This document shows positions 35,675 through 49,312 of a stretch of 64,000 bases of DNA, piece after piece. The notes under the pieces were generated by a model. The model was not told the origin of the DNA. It made no database searches and saw only the letters and a list, made by a program, of their open reading frames with translations. The position numbers and the translations under genes are program-made. The DNA lies in contig MU006100.1 in NCBI GenBank assembly GCA_010093705.1, positions 594,745-658,744 on the forward strand, given 5' to 3'. How positions within the stretch are numbered: the stretch's first letter is position 1; each line of letters begins with the position of its first letter. The stretch is from Patellaria atrata CBS 101060. Taxonomy: Eukaryota.

Positions 35675-38179
35675 GAGGGGCGGCGAGGCTGACTCTCTTC
35701 TCACCTATTTTTTCTTACTATTATAACCTTTGACCCGTTCAAAAGAAAAGAAAAAAAAAGCTTCAGAAAACGTCTGAGCAGTGACAATTTCTCCTGCATG
35801 AGGGCGGAAAATTTTGTCCTTGACCTCCTCCTGAGACCTTTTGCTGAAGACGATACGTTGCACAAGCAGACAAAGGGTTTTAAGTGACACTGGTCTACAC
35901 ATGTCTCTTTACTTGTCACTCTACAAAGGTACACCTCTACTCGCTGTATAGGGTACTTATAGGTACTGTCTTACTTACGGTAAGTACTTATAGAACTACT
36001 GTATGGTATGGTCCAACAATATGTTTCAGAATTACCCCACTGGGTATGTGATACTTGTAACCAAATATCCTCGACTTTGTGTGAGAGGAATACACCGAGC
36101 GACACCGTTCTCGTCCGAAAGTCAACTGGTAAATGAGGTACAGTACCTCTTTGAGATGAGAAGGGGCAAATGGTACCTTTTGATATTACAGTAGGTAGAT
36201 ATTGATGACAGCTCCACACCCAGCTGAAAATAGCTCTCTCGCATTATAATTTTTATTACCTTATGCTCCGCCACGACCGACATGAATGCCCAAGGTAAGG
36301 CCTTGCTCCGTATATTTAAGGACTACTCCTTGAACGGAACACAATGTAACCCAAGGTTCTGATTACTTCTTTATGCTGTAGACTAGAGAACCTTACGGTA
36401 GGGAAATGTTCAGATACTACGGACAGAGGTCGGTACTTAGGTCATCAGTATTAGTACTTACCAACCTAAAGCCCAAAGCCAAGGTAGCCCAAAAGGTAAT
36501 GTGGAAGTCAAGAGTGAAGGATTCCAAATCCCGTAGCACGAGGCAACAGGGAGTGGGATGTAGTCATCATCGTGGCTTCCGTCCAACGTGCATCAGCATG
36601 AGCATCACTCACTCTCCTTCCTCCTTCTCAGTCCGCTCGGTGCACCCGACGATAAAACCAATGGAAAGAATAAACAAAGCACGGCATCAGAGCGGGAAGC
36701 TTATAATTAGCGCTACTGTACTCCGAGTCTGGTTGCGTATCCCTCACGGTAGGTAAGATATGTTACACCACTTGGGAACTTTTTCTTTGAAGCTGCGTTG
36801 AGCCCAAAAGTTACTTGTCGAAAGGCGGCACTCCGACATGCATTGATTATACCATTCCAAGACTCCAGATGACCCCGGAGTGGTGGTCTACAGTATATAA
36901 GGATGACTTATCACAAGAGACTAGAACACAGATATCCTTATCCCAGCTATGGATGTTTATCTACTCCCGCGCTGGTGAAATATTAATGGCTTCTCACTCG
37001 GCTTGATTTCGCCGCTTGCGGGGCGAAAAAGGTGTTGCTCCTCTGCAGACACGAAACACGATCATCGAGGGGGAGATTATTGGAGATAGCTCTGTCGATG
37101 ATCGAGAGCTGACTGCTACTATTATTAGTGGAACCTAATGGCCGTCGGTAATCTGGTATCGATTCATTCGCCTGAATGGTGTCTTTTTGCTAATCTCAGA
37201 TCGGAGAGATATGTTAACCGTGTCTATGGGCCCGGTTAGGAAGGCCGAAATGGATTTATTTATACTCTGGAGAGATGCACTGTAAGAAGATCCGTGGGTG
37301 TTGATTGTTGTTTCGAGTGTTCTCTCGCTCGTTCATTTTCATCTTCTTGCTGATACCTTTGGGTCTGGATAATAAAAGCAAAGGGAGGCCTAATATGGCA
37401 TAACTCATGTTTTAACATCGTGAGCTGAATACGGTAGAACTAGAGTATACCCTTACAGTACCATTATCCTGGGGGCGAAAGTATTGGAACATGGTTTGGC
37501 TAGGACCAGAGCGGGATAAAATCCATTATCGTGCGCATCAAGTCTTCTCACGTGTACCTCTCTAGTAGCATGGGGGAAGTGGTGGTTATAAACGAACCAT
37601 GTGAGAGAATTGGGAACTGTTTGTTTTCCTTCCAGCGGAAAACCGGTCACAGTTTCAAAGAGTCATCCATGTGGGTTGAAGAGTAACTCGTACAAGATAG
37701 CAAGCCCCTTTTTGTCGGCAAGTCAGAGTGTCAGACGGAAGAGGTGATGGGATTCATGGACAAGGAAAGACGCAATTCGATAATAGCAAATGAGATTCAG
37801 AAATCGTACTTTGGAATATCCATCAAAGTAAGGTGACGTGCTGCGGCAGATTCAAGTTCTTCCAGTTTGACGGGGAATAAGTAATAATAAGCTACCTTTA
37901 ACTAGTGGAGTGACGCTGTTTTTACTAACTTTCTAGTAGTCGAGCACTGAGCATCTCATGCCCAAGGGCCCCCGTACTGTAGCCAGTACCCCTCTTCTTC
38001 CACCTTTTCCTAAATGTACTGTAGCCCTCAGGTCCTCTCTCGTACTTCTTCATCCCGCTTGACACTTTGACTTTACTTGCCTTCAAAGGAAACGATCTTC
38101 GTCACTCCCGTTAGATTGTTTACCAAAACTATCTAACGAGCTAATCAACCAATCAATTCAGCTCTCTTCATATCTAATA

Positions 38180-38279
38180 NNNNNNNNNNNNNNNNNNNNN
38201 NNNNNNNNNNNNNNNNNNNNNNNNNNNNNNNNNNNNNNNNNNNNNNNNNNNNNNNNNNNNNNNNNNNNNNNNNNNNNNN
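38180..38279. other. Assembly gap (100 N)
   Basis: Run of N. Confidence 1.
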
Positions 38280-38637
38280 CTCTCCTCTCCTTCATACCGT
38301 TGCCTTCGTTGAGGAATCGCGAATATAGCAAAGCCCGTTCTCATCCTCGATCGCAAGCAGCTTTCATCTACCCCACTACCGCTTCCAAAAAAAGGTCAAT
38401 TCTTGCAAACGCGGAAGGGTGCAACATCCATCTGGGAACCGGTGTTCTCTCCGCTGAAGATCCGTCACCTGTCTTGCACAAACGAGCTGTAAATCTCTGT
38501 CTCACAGCGCGGATCTTGATCGCCGCCACAACCTCAAATTCACGTCGTGTCAACTATTCTATCGTCAACGACGACAACCTCCTGCGTATTCGGTTAATCC
38601 CGTCGTTCGTCCCTCTATTTAATCGAAATTACCCATA

Positions 38638-40161
<1,524 letters not shown>

Positions 40162-40753
40162 CCATGTTAGGCATCTTTACGATTGATCAATATCAGACGA
40201 AGCTACGATGATTTTCTTATTATTCGGCGAAGGCTGGCCGCATGCTCAATAACCCTTGGCCGTCTATTACCCAGGTAATATATGGTAGTCCCGTCTCTGT
40301 TACCTATGCGGTTTAGAATGATTTATTGAGGTCACTGATGAGAAAGTGCGATTGGTATGTAGTGTGGTGGGCATAACCTGACTTTAGCAACTGTGGAGAG
40401 GTTGATGGTCAGGTCAGGCGTTTCGGCCAAGGCTCCATAGCATGAAACTCTCGAGGTACAGAAAATGAAGAAAACGTACATGATGTCAAAACATAGAATA
40501 CGCTCTTTCAATCTAATCCCTAACTTATGTACAGTGTTGGTTGTGATCGTGATATTCAGACCATTGGACCGCAGATCCACTAGATCGGTTTAAACTAGCC
40601 GGTACCGTAAGGCTGGGTATGGGGACATCCTGTCAGAAAATTGTCTGGTTCAACACTATATACTCTACCATAACGTTCACAACCTCCTTTACGTGATGGA
40701 CAGGTATCCCGCACGTATATATTGTACAATTACGCCTGTATGAGTCCATTGTG

Positions 40754-43573
40754 ATGGCATCCCAACACCCCTTCCAGCCGATCGTCTGCATTGTCGATTT
40801 CCACCACGCACGGTTCGTATCTCGCACTGGATTGTATGCGAAGTCTCGCTAATGAGGAGAGTGTACAGGGGACCTGAGGTTGAAAAATGGCTGGGTGTTT
40901 CAGATGAAGAGGATCCGGCGGAGGAGAATGACTGGTCCTTGTTACCGTTTATGGCGTTGAGCGATGGTGCGCACGCGTACGTCCCATAACCTCCCTCCGC
41001 AATCCTCCTATCGACCCGCTGTGCTATACTGAACACCCGACTGAATATACCGTATGCATACTGTAGCTCGGTAGAAGATTTCTCCTACTTCACCCTTCGC
41101 CGCGAAGCCACAGCGGAGCATCCCGCGGCAAGCCTCTTTGGTATATCGTGTACGAGACAACTGGATGCGAATGAGTTGATCAACCGCCCAAAGGAGGTTA
41201 CGAGGAGTACGGTACAGAAGGCCGTCGTGGTGATTTGTGATCGCCCACAGTGTTTTGGGAATTTGAGGGAGAGGTTGAGTATTGTGGTGAATGCTTGGTT
41301 TGCTCAGAGGGACTTTACGGATTTGGATATATTACAAAGGTTTCAGGAAAGTTTGGATAAGAGCTTTAAGGCCCAGGAGGAGGAGAGGGATCAGTATTTT
41401 GGTGAGTCCGGTCTTGTTGGATGGGGGGTCCCGGGGGGTTGCTGACATTCTGCTAGGCCTCTCGTTGAGGGAATTGATACATGAATTTAAGTATCAGACT
41501 TTGGTTCTTTTTAAGTGTTGTTTATTACAACCTAAGGTATGCTGCTCACTGCTCAGGGTATGTTCTGTATCCACACTCACTTCTCCAGATGCTGTTTTTC
41601 GGTTCGCATTGCGAACGAATATGCATGTTACAATTTTCTTTGATATCTTTGATACCCGGATTGATTCGCAATCTTAAAGATTGTGCTGATCCAACGTTTA
41701 ATTCTTATGAAAAATTTTTGGTTATGCCTACGTCTTTGAAAACGAGTGAACGACCATCTTGTAAGTATTCCTCTCAACCTGCTGTCGATAGTGCTAATGA
41801 GGTTAGTACTTGCATATATGGGATTACCTCTGCAACTATTCGGAACAGTAAGTTTGTTCGCGTCTCTAAAGGATACTTATTCACATATAGCATAGGGAAG
41901 TTTGTTCGGGCCATATACTCCCTTACAACAGCTTGATCTACTCGCCGATCATGGAACGAAATCTTATATAGTTGGATCCACGAATTCTCTTCTGCTACAA
42001 CAAAAGGATAGATATAGTGACATTCTAATCAATGTAGGATACCATTTTCCATTCTCTCTATTTCATTTTGTTGTGTACTTCTGGTAGGAGTGCTCTCAGT
42101 CTCTTTTCCCCTGTGGTGCAATCCTTACCTACTGTACGCTTGCTCTCAAGATGGTCCCAACTCAGTGTATAAAAGCGTGTCAAAAGGACGAACGATGGCT
42201 AAAGCGTGGTGTACGACCTGAATTTTACAGACAACGGTGATTGATTAACACGGCAGAATTAGCTCTCTCCCTGCTGTTGTCCGGCGAGCATACAAGGGTC
42301 TGGGGAGGTCATATGCACCCTTCACCGACCATGATGTGATGATGTCTTAATGTAGTCATGCTTATTCCTCACATCACTGACGCATCTTGTGGATAGCTTG
42401 ACGAAGACACGATCAATATCACTTCTCCTTCCCTTCGCGCTGCCTTGACGCTATCTACTCCCGATCGACGGTGGATTGACTTTCTCACACAAACAGTTAA
42501 TGATACTTGGGATGAATGTACGAGTTGATCCCTTCACTCAACGAGCTATCTCTAAACAATCTGCAGCAAATCCAAGTCGACCAAAAACCATGGGTTATGC
42601 TGGTAGCGAAGAGTTCATCCGGCTTCAGTTCGAAGAATACATTCTTGCGCTACTTGCAGCTGTCAAGTACAAACAGCATACAGGTCATAAAGATGACTCT
42701 CAGTGGGGTGGGTGATGAGACCGTTCGATTTCAATGGTCTGCTTGTTCTCGTCACAGTCAAGCTAATTCTCAACAGGAGAGGATCCATCCAGCGAGTTCA
42801 ATCCGGAGTTCATAGATGCGTGGATGAAAACAGACAATTTTAGGGTTTTCAACAAATATACTTGTAGGGCAATCGCTGTCTTCCGGTAACAGTGTAGATT
42901 CTGATCACTGCCTAGATTCCGATCTTTTTGATGTGGTCCAGCCACTCCATCCATGCAGCGGCGGGCTCTCTATTGAAGATGTCCAACGGCGTGTTGCACA
43001 GTGAGTATATGGATGAATCCTACTTCTTGCGGAACTAATGTTTTTATCCTTAGACAAATTAACGATCTTCATCTCGATGAACGCTTTCAGGCATCCCGTG
43101 AAACTATAGGAAAACACCTGGCTACTGGTCAGCAGAAAGTTTCAACAGTATTCAATAACTTGTGGCAAGACATTGAAGCTATGCGTGAGGCGCAAAAAAG
43201 GAAACATGAAGAACAGAAAGCGGCCCAGATAGCGGCCAATGCTTCAGGTCCATCATCACCGACCGAAAAGTCTCCCACCTCCAGATGTAAGTCGATCTAT
43301 CAAGCTTATCACTGCCAATTAAGATCTGGATGTGGTGGACCTACATTGCATGTCTATACTGATACTCTCGTAGTCGCCAAAGCGCCTGATTTCTCACAAG
43401 CGCAAGCATCAGTACAGGCTGCTGGTTCTCGCGCAGGTGCATATCTTTCATCGTGGGGTACGTGGGCGGCGGAGAAAAGAAAAACGGGATGGGGGAGAGG
43501 CTCGACGCCGGCTTCACCAACGACGGAGGAACCGAAGTTTGGGAGTCTGGGGAAGGAGGGTGGTGGGAAGTGA
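40754..43573 (+). CDS. AVL9: Late secretory pathway protein Avl9 (DENN-like)
   Basis: VDFHHARGPEVE, LPFMALSDGAH, LFGISCTRQ, VTRSTVQKAVVVI, FGPYTPLQQLD, GSEEFIRLQFEEY and HPCSGGLSIEDVQRR, spread over many introns. Confidence 0.92.
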
Positions 43574-43992
43574 GGGTAGCCAGCTATGATAACGTGAATA
43601 TGAGGTTAGATGAGCACCGGGTATAAGCAATAGGCGAATCGTCAATTCCAGGGCGCAATATGGGGCAGTGGGGGTATGATTTTGCATTATGGAGAATTTC
43701 AACTATCTAAGCAAGTAGGTAAACTTTTCTTTCGCCGATCCTGGTTCGTAATTAGCAGTCTTTCTGTACTATCTTCTTACTGGATACACACCGTCGTACC
43801 ACTCCAATTGATCACCGCAAAACATTCATCCAGTCGTACAAGATTGTCGAAGAATTATTGTACAGCTGGAATACCCTAGAGAGGGACGGAAGAACGCAGC
43901 GAGTCGTCTCTTATTCGTACAGTTGATAGGGGAGTGCTATACACCGTCAGTTCCACACAATCATGTTTTCAGAAGTACGTTTTTCGCATACC

Positions 43993-44157
43993 TTATTTTG
44001 CAGCTCCAAACTTCCACCACTTGCCCTTCGGGCGGTTTGGGTAGTGGACTTCCACGAGGCCCCGGACCGGGGACCTCCTGGTCCTGTCCCACTCCCGCTC
44101 CTGCCGGCGGTGTTTGGCCTTTCGGGCTTTCCGTACGATCTCCTTGATGATATTCAT
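43993..44157 (-). CDS. Possible 54-aa basic microprotein
   Basis: ATG follows a poly-A context. Reads MNIIKEIVRKARKAKHRRQEREWDR...KWWKFGAAK. No homology recognised. Confidence 0.25.
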   Translation of the reverse strand: MNIIKEIVRKARKAKHRRQEREWDRTRRSPVRGLVEVHYPNRPKGKWWKFGAAK

Positions 44158-45583
44158 TTTTTTTTTTGGCGATGCTGTACGGGGTTGTGGGTTGGTAGAG
44201 AGAGATGTGTGAGAGTGATGGGCTGGAGGATTGGGGTCAGTTCTGCAGCACCATTGCTGGGGGAGATATGGAAGATGCACGTACGGGTGAAGCTTGAGGT
44301 TGTGGATACTTTTGCTTCTGAGAGAGTTTTTACGTGCGGTTGAGGGGAGATAGGTGGGTTTTGTGTGGAGGACTAGCGTATTTTGGAAAGCAGGGGGTGT
44401 TGTTTGGTCAAGTGGTGATTTGGGCTGTTTGTGGCAGGAAAGGGGTGATAGTTCCACTTACACTGGATTTTTGAAGGATGGTTTCTCGAGATTACCCCCT
44501 CGTTCGGTTCTTCTACTACTTCATAGACACTTCGTATTATTAGTTCTTATCTTTGCCGTCTACTTTTTATGGTTCTATACGAAAGCGGCTCTGGCATTTG
44601 GCATATACTACACGTCTCTAAGTTCTCACATTGCTTCGTTGCCGCAGAGGCTTTCACGGTGACTGACAGAGAGGATGCCATCGAAGCTTTCAGGGGGAAG
44701 GTGGTCATGAATACTAGATAGTGAGCTATGTTACTGAACGATTGGGATAGAAGTAGGTTTTCTGCAGCCTCTATTCTACATTATGGGCTTGACTTCCTGA
44801 TCGCTAACTTTCTGGCCTGCAGTAATTGTCCATATGGACCATTTTCCCACCAATCGAAGAACCTGGCATCAAGCTTGACAAGAATCCTAACGCATCGAGT
44901 CTTTGGATCAAGGGTGGGTCTAGGGCTCTCTTCGTTCTACTGTATGGTATTGATTTGCTGGTTGCGAATGATATGATTTGCAGCAGTGGACCGTACAAAT
45001 ACCGCAGTAAACTAGCTATATTTCAATTTACGGCTGTAGGTTGCAAATATATAGACGTCAAACTTCAGGTCCGGAGTGTGAATGATCACAAGGTGGCCGG
45101 TAATACTGGGTGACTGTTTATAGACGTCTCTCTGGGAGCGTAGGTGTCTATTCTTGATATTTGACAAGCAATGAACGTTTTCCCCTCATATCTATTGCTT
45201 CACTCATGATTGTAGAACTTCATGTTGACCGTACTGATGCTTCACAACAACTTATAATGAACTTTTTTACACCTATTCGCTTCCCTGGGTAGACTTTGAG
45301 ACGTACGGTCCCAAAGCGACGTTGACAGTTGGGCGCTACCCCTGTCCACTCTAGCCAAACACTTCCATACAAGCCCTTTTTGCTCCACTTCCTTCTCGCT
45401 TCCGAACACCATCGTTAACACTCTAAATCTACTTCATAACTAATAATAGTAAAGACCACTACTCAAGAATTAAACCATCCCTGCGATACTACGCTATTTT
45501 TTGTACTGACGCTGATCCAAAGTATAACCACAATTGCGTATGAACTCCAGCGCTCGCCTATCAGACTTATTCCCAATAGTCCA

Positions 45584-46393
45584 TCAAACAATCCCCGGTT
45601 TCTTGACCTTAATCCCATCTTTAGCCATCCACACCCGAACCAGGATCCTCACAACTTTGTCACCAACCGCCGCATTCCCCTGCACTTTCCAGACCCTGTC
45701 CTGAGCAGCCAAAATGTCATACTCGTGATGCGTCGTAAAGCCCGCCTCGCGCAACCTTCCCAACTCCCCCGACTCCCTCTCGCGCTCCCTCACACAGTCT
45801 TCAACGAGACCGCGGACGACGCCGTACGCCGGATCGGGCAGGGGCGCCGCGCACCGCAGCCACTCGACCCTCCGCGGGATCCACGTCATGCCGGTGCTCA
45901 GAGCATCGAAGTCCAGCGTGAAGTAGACCGGCGGGGGTAGTGGCAGCATCCGTTCCGCTTCCGCTTCCTCGTCCAGATCCGGGGTCCGGGTTCGCTCGCT
46001 CGGCATAGGCGGGGGCAGGTCTCCGCGCGGTGGTCCTTTGAACCCGAAGCAGGAGTAGAGGATCAGGTTGTCCTGCTCGAAGTAGTCGCCGCGGTCGTAT
46101 TTGCGCGCGTTGAGCCGGGGCGTCGCGCATCGCTGCTCGGGATAGGTGACGTGGAAGTGGACGGGCATTGTGTCTTTGTAGTGGAAGGCGCGGACGAGAT
46201 CCTGAGGTGGGTACTTGGTTGGTATTGTTGTTGGAAAGGGGTGGGGATGATGGGGATGGGGACTTACGGTGTATTTTGGCCAGCGGGCTGAGCTGCCGTT
46301 TACGTCGTCGAGGAAGATGCGGTTGCGGACGACGGTTACGGTGGTTTCTTTCGTCATGGCTTCTTTGTTTGTGCTGTGGACTTTAAGTTTCAT
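45584..46393 (-). CDS. Hypothetical (orphan) protein, PVHFHV family member A
   Basis: GC-rich coding-like ORF. A likely 66-nt in-frame intron 46267-46202 (GTAAGT...CTCAG). Homologous to the spliced ORF at 52587. Confidence 0.7.
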   Translation of the reverse strand: MKLKVHSTNKEAMTKETTVTVVRNRIFLDDVNGSSARWPKYTVSPHPHHPHPFPTTIPTKYPPQDLVRAFHYKDTMPVHFHVTYPEQRCATPRLNARKYDRGDYFEQDNLILYSCFGFKGPPRGDLPPPMPSERTRTPDLDEEAEAERMLPLPPPVYFTLDFDALSTGMTWIPRRVEWLRCAAPLPDPAYGVVRGLVEDCVRERERESGELGRLREAGFTTHHEYDILAAQDRVWKVQGNAAVGDKVVRILVRVWMAKDGIKVKKPGIV

Positions 46394-46474
46394 GGATGAA
46401 GATGTATGGTTAGAGGGAGAGTGTGTGGCACGTAAGATAAGGGATCAGGCATACGTGATAATTGGGAAGTATGA

Positions 46475-46650
46475 GTGATAGGATGTGTGAGAGGTGGGAA
46501 ATGTAAACGTTGGGAAGTGTAGGACTTGAGAAGTATAGGACTTGGGAAGTGTGAGAGATAGGATGTGTATGAGGTAAGGTGTGTATGAGATAGGGTGTGT
46601 AGAAGATAGGATGTGTAGAAGATAGGATGTGTGGAAGATAGGGTGTGCGA
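46475..46650 (+). repeat. Degenerate minisatellite (AGATAGGATGTGT-like, about 14-17-bp units) upstream of orphan gene A
   Basis: Repeated gataggatgtgt / gatagggtgtgt and aggacttg(a/g)gaagt units. Confidence 0.75.
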
Positions 46651-48744
46651 CGCAAAGGCTGCGTGAGGAAGGAGATATGCAAGAAAAGGGACGTAGAAGA
46701 GACACCTCGCATGTTCAACTCAGGTGAGGAATCTAGGGAGGCAAAAGGCAAAGAGTGGAGTATCTTACCTTTCTTCCAAGAGATAGATGCTGTTCTGGTA
46801 GAAGAAAATAGAAAAAGAAGTGGTTGTAGGTGAGGTTGTCTTTATATTACCCCGAAGCGAGATTCAGAATTGTCCACCGGGACAGAAAAAACTGCAGCAA
46901 AAACGTGATCTAGGGCGGATTCTTTGCGCACTCAACTCTCTTACCCCCTCATTTGTCGAACAGGTTTATCTACTGGTCTGCAAGCAAGATACGACCATTC
47001 TTAGGAGAGCACTGAGCGGATTTCATACACTACCTTCGCCACTTAGGATCAACACCTTGCCATTGAGCTCCAATCCCGCAGCAGTTCCCTAACCAGATAG
47101 AATAAGCGAGAAAGAGGGTGAATATAGTTCACACAAGCAGCTCTGACCTTTGGAGCAGACTCTAAATCCCGATACGAACTTATGACAAAGGTCGAGAGTG
47201 GATAAAAGCTGAGCAGGTCTCTTCTTGTTACAAGTATTATCGGTTCTCGAGGTATCCATTAAGTGAGTACCTTTGAGAGAGCATAAGTATATATTCTAGA
47301 TAGCTGCCGTCAATGATCCCATTATGTCACTTGGTTTGCCCTCACAGTCTTACTTGGTGACTGCGTAGATATACTATGGGATAATCGAGAGTTAAGTGAT
47401 AGTTTTCAATTACTTGTAAGGAGTAAATGGATCTAAAACAGTCCTCCATCTTCCTAGAGGCAATGTATCCTTGAATCCGTTGCGTGGGTAGATTTGGGGA
47501 ACGTACCGGGCGAGGGTGCCGCTGACAAATGGGTTCCCCTAAAGTGCCCCTAAGACTGACCCTGTCGAACCTAACCAGACACACTTTGACAAACAACCTT
47601 GGTTCCACTTCCTTCTCGCTTCCTTGCACCGCCTGCTTTACTTTAAACTGACTTCACCCTTCCCTCTCCTTGCTGCTAAGAGAAATATTATTCTCCCTCC
47701 GATACGAGATCAATCGCTCCAAAGTCGATCAAGTTCAAGTATCGAACAGTCCAACTCTCTCTCTTTCTGCGATAACTATACATAACGAGTTGGGCTAGCG
47801 ATGATCTTCCACTACTCTCTCCCCCAAAAGATCCACCTCCGCCATAAGTAGCTCCACTATCCTAGCGAATTTGGAATGCTACTTATTGTCGAGTAACGCG
47901 CCGAGCAGCCCCACGGCGGCGTATTACTGTCAATCTCAATCAATCACGTCTAACTCGGATCTATACTAACAACACCTATTACTACCTTTACAAAATTCTT
48001 CGACGCGGGTGCGTCATTAATTGAAAGGGCAAGATGCCAGAAGATATCTATACCTAATGTTAGTCTCACCAGTTTGTCATCGATAGGCTATGACTTCAGT
48101 TCAAATTTTCAAATACCTCAACGTCGTTTATCCATGCTCTGCTTACAGCTACCTCTACCTCTGACGACGTCTCTTCTGCATATTTCCTTAGAGACGCGCT
48201 GCGGGAGTGACCAAACGCGCTGATTACATCCAAGAAGACATTTCGACACACTATCGCGCGTTACATCCTAAAATAACTGAGAGCAAGGTAGCTCATCATA
48301 GCTTTACGCTTGATCTGGAGCGCAAAAGGCCTGCTTGCACCGTTCAAAGTTTTCATCTATTACACTCTAGTATTTGCAATACCCTAGCTGCATTTTGTAA
48401 CGCGGAATCAAGAACTTTGGACAACACTGCGCGACTGTTATCTCTCACAAGAGTATTGCACCTTCCAGGCTGAAAAAAAACCGCGGGCTATCTGCCAGAT
48501 TGATAGAGAATAAGGGAACAACGAAAATTCTTCCGAGTATTTTTGAGCTTCACAGCACAGTGTTTGATGCATTCCTCACGGACTCCTTGATATCTATAGG
48601 AGTTCCGGAGGTGCTTGGGATCTCATTCCCACGAGGGAGCAAATTGATTGAAACTCCTCTCCAATCGCCCAACGGGATCTCTGGATGAACGCGAATACCT
48701 CTAGTCTGCTGGAAGTCAGATGAGATATATCCGCTGAAGATATT

Positions 48745-49312
48745 GGGTGTTTGATGTGGTCTAGTTCCAAGATAGTGGAGTCATGTTCGGGATTCGGACT
48801 GACAGATTGGTTGTTTGAAAGCAAGAATGTTTGATGTGGGCTGGTGGAACCATATCCGGGATTCGGACTGACACATTGGTAGCCGAAAATGTTGAGTTTG
48901 AAGATGGTGAACGAGTGCTGGAACTGGGACTGACATATATGACGAATGTTTGATGTCGGCTGGGTGGAGTCACGTCTGAGATTCGGACTGACATAATGGA
49001 AGCTGAAAATGATGAATTTAAGATGGTGGAAGCATACTGAAATTAGGACTGACAAATGGTAGCTGAAAATGATGAATGTTTGATGTGGGCTAGTTCCACG
49101 ACGGTAAGGTCACGTCTGGAATTCAGACTGACATATTGGTGGCTGGAGATGATGAGTTTCGGTACTTTGGAACCGTGCCGGAATTCAGACTGACATAATA
49201 GTAGCTGGAAATGATGAGTTTCAAGATGGTGAATGCATGTTGGAACTCGGACTGACAAATTGGTAGCTGGAAATATTAAACCTTTGTCTAGACCACTTGC
49301 AAAATGGTGGAG
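48745..49312 (+). repeat. Complex tandem array: 8 copies of a conserved core with variable interspersed segments
   Basis: GACTGACA at about 48797, 48866, 48928, 48986, 49047, 49126, 49188 and 49250 (periods about 58-79 bp). Core consensus GGAATTCGGACTGACAnATTGGTAGCTGAAAATGATGA. Confidence 0.9.

Noticed and set aside
48745..49312. CRISPR array
   Set aside because: The context is eukaryotic with no cas genes, the repeats are degenerate, and the 'spacers' are related to each other and vary in length.
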